This document shows positions 60,625 to 64,000 of a stretch of 64,000 nucleotides of DNA, piece after piece. Within the stretch, counting starts at the first letter, position 1; every line of letters begins with the position of its first letter. The notes under the pieces are model-generated. The model did no database searches and had not been told where the DNA came from. It saw only the letters and a list, made by a program, of their open reading frames with translations. The position numbers and the translations under genes are program-made. Source of the stretch: Babesia bigemina (Eukaryota); assembly GCF_000981445.1 (NCBI RefSeq), contig NC_027217.1:1178001-1242000 (forward strand). Reading direction: 5' to 3'.

Positions 60625-62520
60625 TTATTGAACAACAGCAGTTGTGAGCTTTTGTAAATAGTTATCCTTCTCTTCCTTATTGTATTTACTCAGAGAAGCA
60701 CTGATAAGACGTTTCGCATCGTCTCCTTTTCGCATACTGTTTAATAGCTTTAAGCAATCAACGTGCTCGTTTATTTGGCCTATCAGCATTTTACCTGCAC
60801 GCCTTACGTCTATGCTTCCCGCCTTAATTGCATTTATTACCATATCGAAGATTTCAGGAAGCATTTTGTGTTTACCGATGTCAGTTCCCATAGCATTCAG
60901 CACAATAAGCATGCAGTTCAAAATGGTCAGTGGTGCCGACTTGTTTCTGTCCGGAGTGATAAAACACAAAAGAAACTTACGTTTTGTATAGCTTCAGAAG
61001 TATGGCGCATGCCTTAGAGTCAGAGCTTGAAACACAAATCTTAGCCAACGCGGAATTAGCTGCTGTGCATATAAATTCGGGTGACCCAGAGGACGCTTTG
61101 CGGATACAAACGTCCATAACATCAAGAAGAGGCTGATTCAACACCAATCCATGCGACTTATAAAGGTCACCCAGACATGTAATACCGCTGTGCGATAGGT
61201 TAGACCTGGAGCTATTGGCATATGTTGCTATTCTGCGGACGGCAGAGACAAGCGCCGCCGACTCACAAGCAGAGACGACTTCAGGATATTTCGCAGCAAT
61301 ACCGGATAGTTCACTCTGAAGCTTCATTATGTCCTTCCATTTTGATTCATCTAAAGTGAGGATTTTCTCCAGCAAGGTTAGCACTTTTTCAGGCGTTGGT
61401 TTAAGGTCCGCTTTTGCCCTATTTTGTGAGTATGAAGTGCCAGCTTTGCGCCTTATTGGAATCCTGGCAGAACTTCGCTTCAGAGGCGGCGGACGCGCTC
61501 TCGGTTCACTTGAATTTGCTTTAGGTCGTTTTTCTTGGAAGGGATCCCCAGGAGTTGTAGTCGCTGTGTGATTAACCTCAGAGCCTTCTTTTGGTACACC
61601 CACTTCTTCAGAGGTACCATGCGTTGACTGCGTGATCACAGAGGCACGGTAGTTTGTGTTACGGTTCACAGACGGTTCGACCGCATAAATGGGTTCATCA
61701 TCCAACACCGCAGCGGTATAGCTCACTTTCGGAGGTGTGTACTCACCTTTAATATCAATTTCCACATGTTCTTCCCCGTCAAAGTTCCATTTGTTATATT
61801 CTAAAGCGTGGTCTTCCAGAGGTTCATCGTTTGATTCATTTTCTTTGGTGTTGAGAGGCACCTTTATTGCATTTCCCGACATTAATGCATTTTTGCATTT
61901 CATCCTTTCGCCGGACATCGAATTCTTCAAAGCTACAACTGTCGTAGAATCGTCATCCTCCTGCACCTTTTCCAGCTTTGGTTCTACTTCTGAGTATACG
62001 CTCATGACCCCATCGTTGGCATCATATGCGGAAGCTTTTATACTTTCAACCCGGGTAATATCAGAATACGAAGCACTAGGCACCCCTTCAAACGTATTCG
62101 GCACGCTGTAGGTTGCGTTTGCATTCGGTTTAGATTGTTTCATAGAGTTATCGTTGTTTATAGAAATGCCACCCACCCGTGACTTTTTCGACAGTTCAGG
62201 GCCACTTGCAGCTTTATTCTGCAAGAATACGTTTTCACATTGAGCCACATCATTGTCTTTGGATTCCTTGGTTTCGTAGCATCTGCTGGTAGACCCATTA
62301 TTTGGTTTGATCAGAGGCACGTCATCTACATCAGGGGCAACTATATGCTCGGGTTGTTTCTCTCCAGTGTGTTTTTCAAGATCGCCAGCATAACGTCTGC
62401 CCTCGTCTACAGCTTTAGCTGTTGGATACGAATTGTCAGCGGCACTTTCTTCTGCTTTCTTTTCTTCTACTCTGCGCCCCGGACCGCTACCTTTGCCCCT
62501 GCACGGTGTTGAAACGACCT
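60625..62520 (-). CDS. TOG/CLASP-N (HEAT) domain microtubule-associated protein with disordered N-terminus; 5' end uncertain
   Basis: KWKDIMK..NSSRSNLSHSGITCLGDL..EFICTAANSAL..DVRRAGK resemble a CLASP/TOGARAM-type TOG domain. Intron near 60945-60980. Confidence 0.65.
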
Positions 62521-62903
62521 GGGCAGAAAAGTAGAGTAAATGGTCAATGTATAAAACAAATCTAACGCAATTAAACGATATACAAACACGGTGTATGAAC
62601 TACACAAAGTACAGAATTCAAGTACATGATTTGATAACCTTGAATTAAAAACGGCATATATACAACTGAATTGAAGTAAAACTCGACTGAAAATTTCAAG
62701 ATCTCGGTAACGTGTCAACGACATGTTCAGACAGATTTCAATAATACTCACGCTTCTACGTCGTTGCGCAAATCTATCAGCGGGTTTTCGCCCTTCGCCA
62801 CCTTGGAAACTCTAAAGCATAGACACCACTTCATTTTAGCAATCCAGTATTATAAATGTATGTGATATGTGCAGGCGTCCCCGCGCGTCTCGGCGTCGTG
62901 TCC

Positions 62904-63767
62904 CTAGTGATCTCCATGCTCGAATTCCGGCAGCTGATTAATAATCGCATCAAGCTCTTCTTCTGTATATTCCCGATATTGACGATCATCAATTTTGATT
63001 CGCGCCATTTCTACATTTTTCTTAGTCATCTTATCTTTCATGACTTGGCGTAGTACTTCTAGTACCAGCAATTCAGCATCTATTCGGTTTGACAACTACA
63101 ATCTAAAACCTACCCCGAAAGGTCATATCATCTGTATAGCGTTCTTGCAAAATCGTTTCAGCACCCTCTTGTGCGGAGCCTATGGCCGCAGCTCTATACC
63201 TTATGCTAGTGCCTGAGGGATCCACACACCAAATGGCAGGGCCATTAGCATCTACTCCACCAACAAGCAATGCTACTCCGAATGGCCTACTCATAGTCTT
63301 TTTCTTTTTAGAATCGAAAATATCTGCAAAAAGTCACAAAACATTATCCGTGACCAACCTGAGAATTCCAGAGCCAAGTCTGCTATGGCCTCAACGCAGG
63401 ACCGTACAGCCATTGGTTCATTGTACACAAACGTATGATTTGCACATTCAGATCGAGCGTGGTCAACGAGAGTGCGGGCATCCGCAATGAGTCCGCTCAT
63501 CGTACATCCAATATGACTATCGATTTCCATGATTTTTTCGAGCGAGACCGATTCCATCAACGTCGAACTCATGCGGTGCTCAGATGCAAAAATGATGCCT
63601 TCACCTGTGGCAACGGCTAGGGCTGTGCTACCCAGCTTTATGGCCCCCAAGGCATATTCCACCTGGAATATACGACCTTCCGGGGAGAAGGTGTTTACAC
63701 CCCTATCATATTCGTTCCTAAAAATATTTCAGACACACATTTATTGCACAAACCTTGCTGTAAACAT
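62904..63767 (-). CDS. PSMA5: 20S proteasome subunit alpha type 5, multi-exon
   Basis: [36 protein letters not shown]...[13 protein letters not shown]...AIGSAQEGA. Confidence 0.95.
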
Positions 63768-64000
63768 CTCTGCAGTTTTGCTAATAATTATTGCCTCGTG
63801 CCGCATCTACCCTAGAAACCACTGGGGCTTAGCCGTCAGCGCCTTTCGCTTCCCTACTGGAATGCACCGTTTGCTGCTACCTAATGTAATGCGCACCAAA
63901 CCTTGTAATTTAATCGCAATGGATGCCAAATAGCGCGTCTTTTATGTGAAACGATCTCGTCGATCATCATCACGGTGGCGATGGATCGATGAGAACTGGC

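Overview
Eukaryotic, gene-dense DNA with short GT-AG introns (mostly ~30-40 nt) and apicomplexan-type genes, most consistent with a piroplasm (Babesia-like) chromosome. About 23 housekeeping or hypothetical genes are recognisable: IGPS/TrpC-like, Doa1/PLAA, organellar L9 and L33, RPL39, FIS1, PPR, L7Ae, a kinase, NF-YC, ASCC3/Slh1 helicase, mid-SUN, TOG/CLASP-like and PSMA5. The standout is a 12.3-kb GC-rich cassette (20460-32772) between two convergent genes. It is bounded by 1116-bp, ~99% identical inverted repeats, and each arm carries a stop-disrupted s48/45 (6-Cys)-type domain fragment. Inside is a 9.35-kb mosaic tandem array of 12 full units plus a partial one, in two length classes (~660 and ~825-837 bp) that differ by ~165-bp microhomology-bounded deletions, with a 2.32-kb higher-order duplication. 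Directly beside the cassette is a DnaJ gene broken by three in-frame stops. Most ORF-track entries in 21.5-31 kb are by-products of high GC. All calls were made by eye without database searches, and multi-exon gene ends are approximate.
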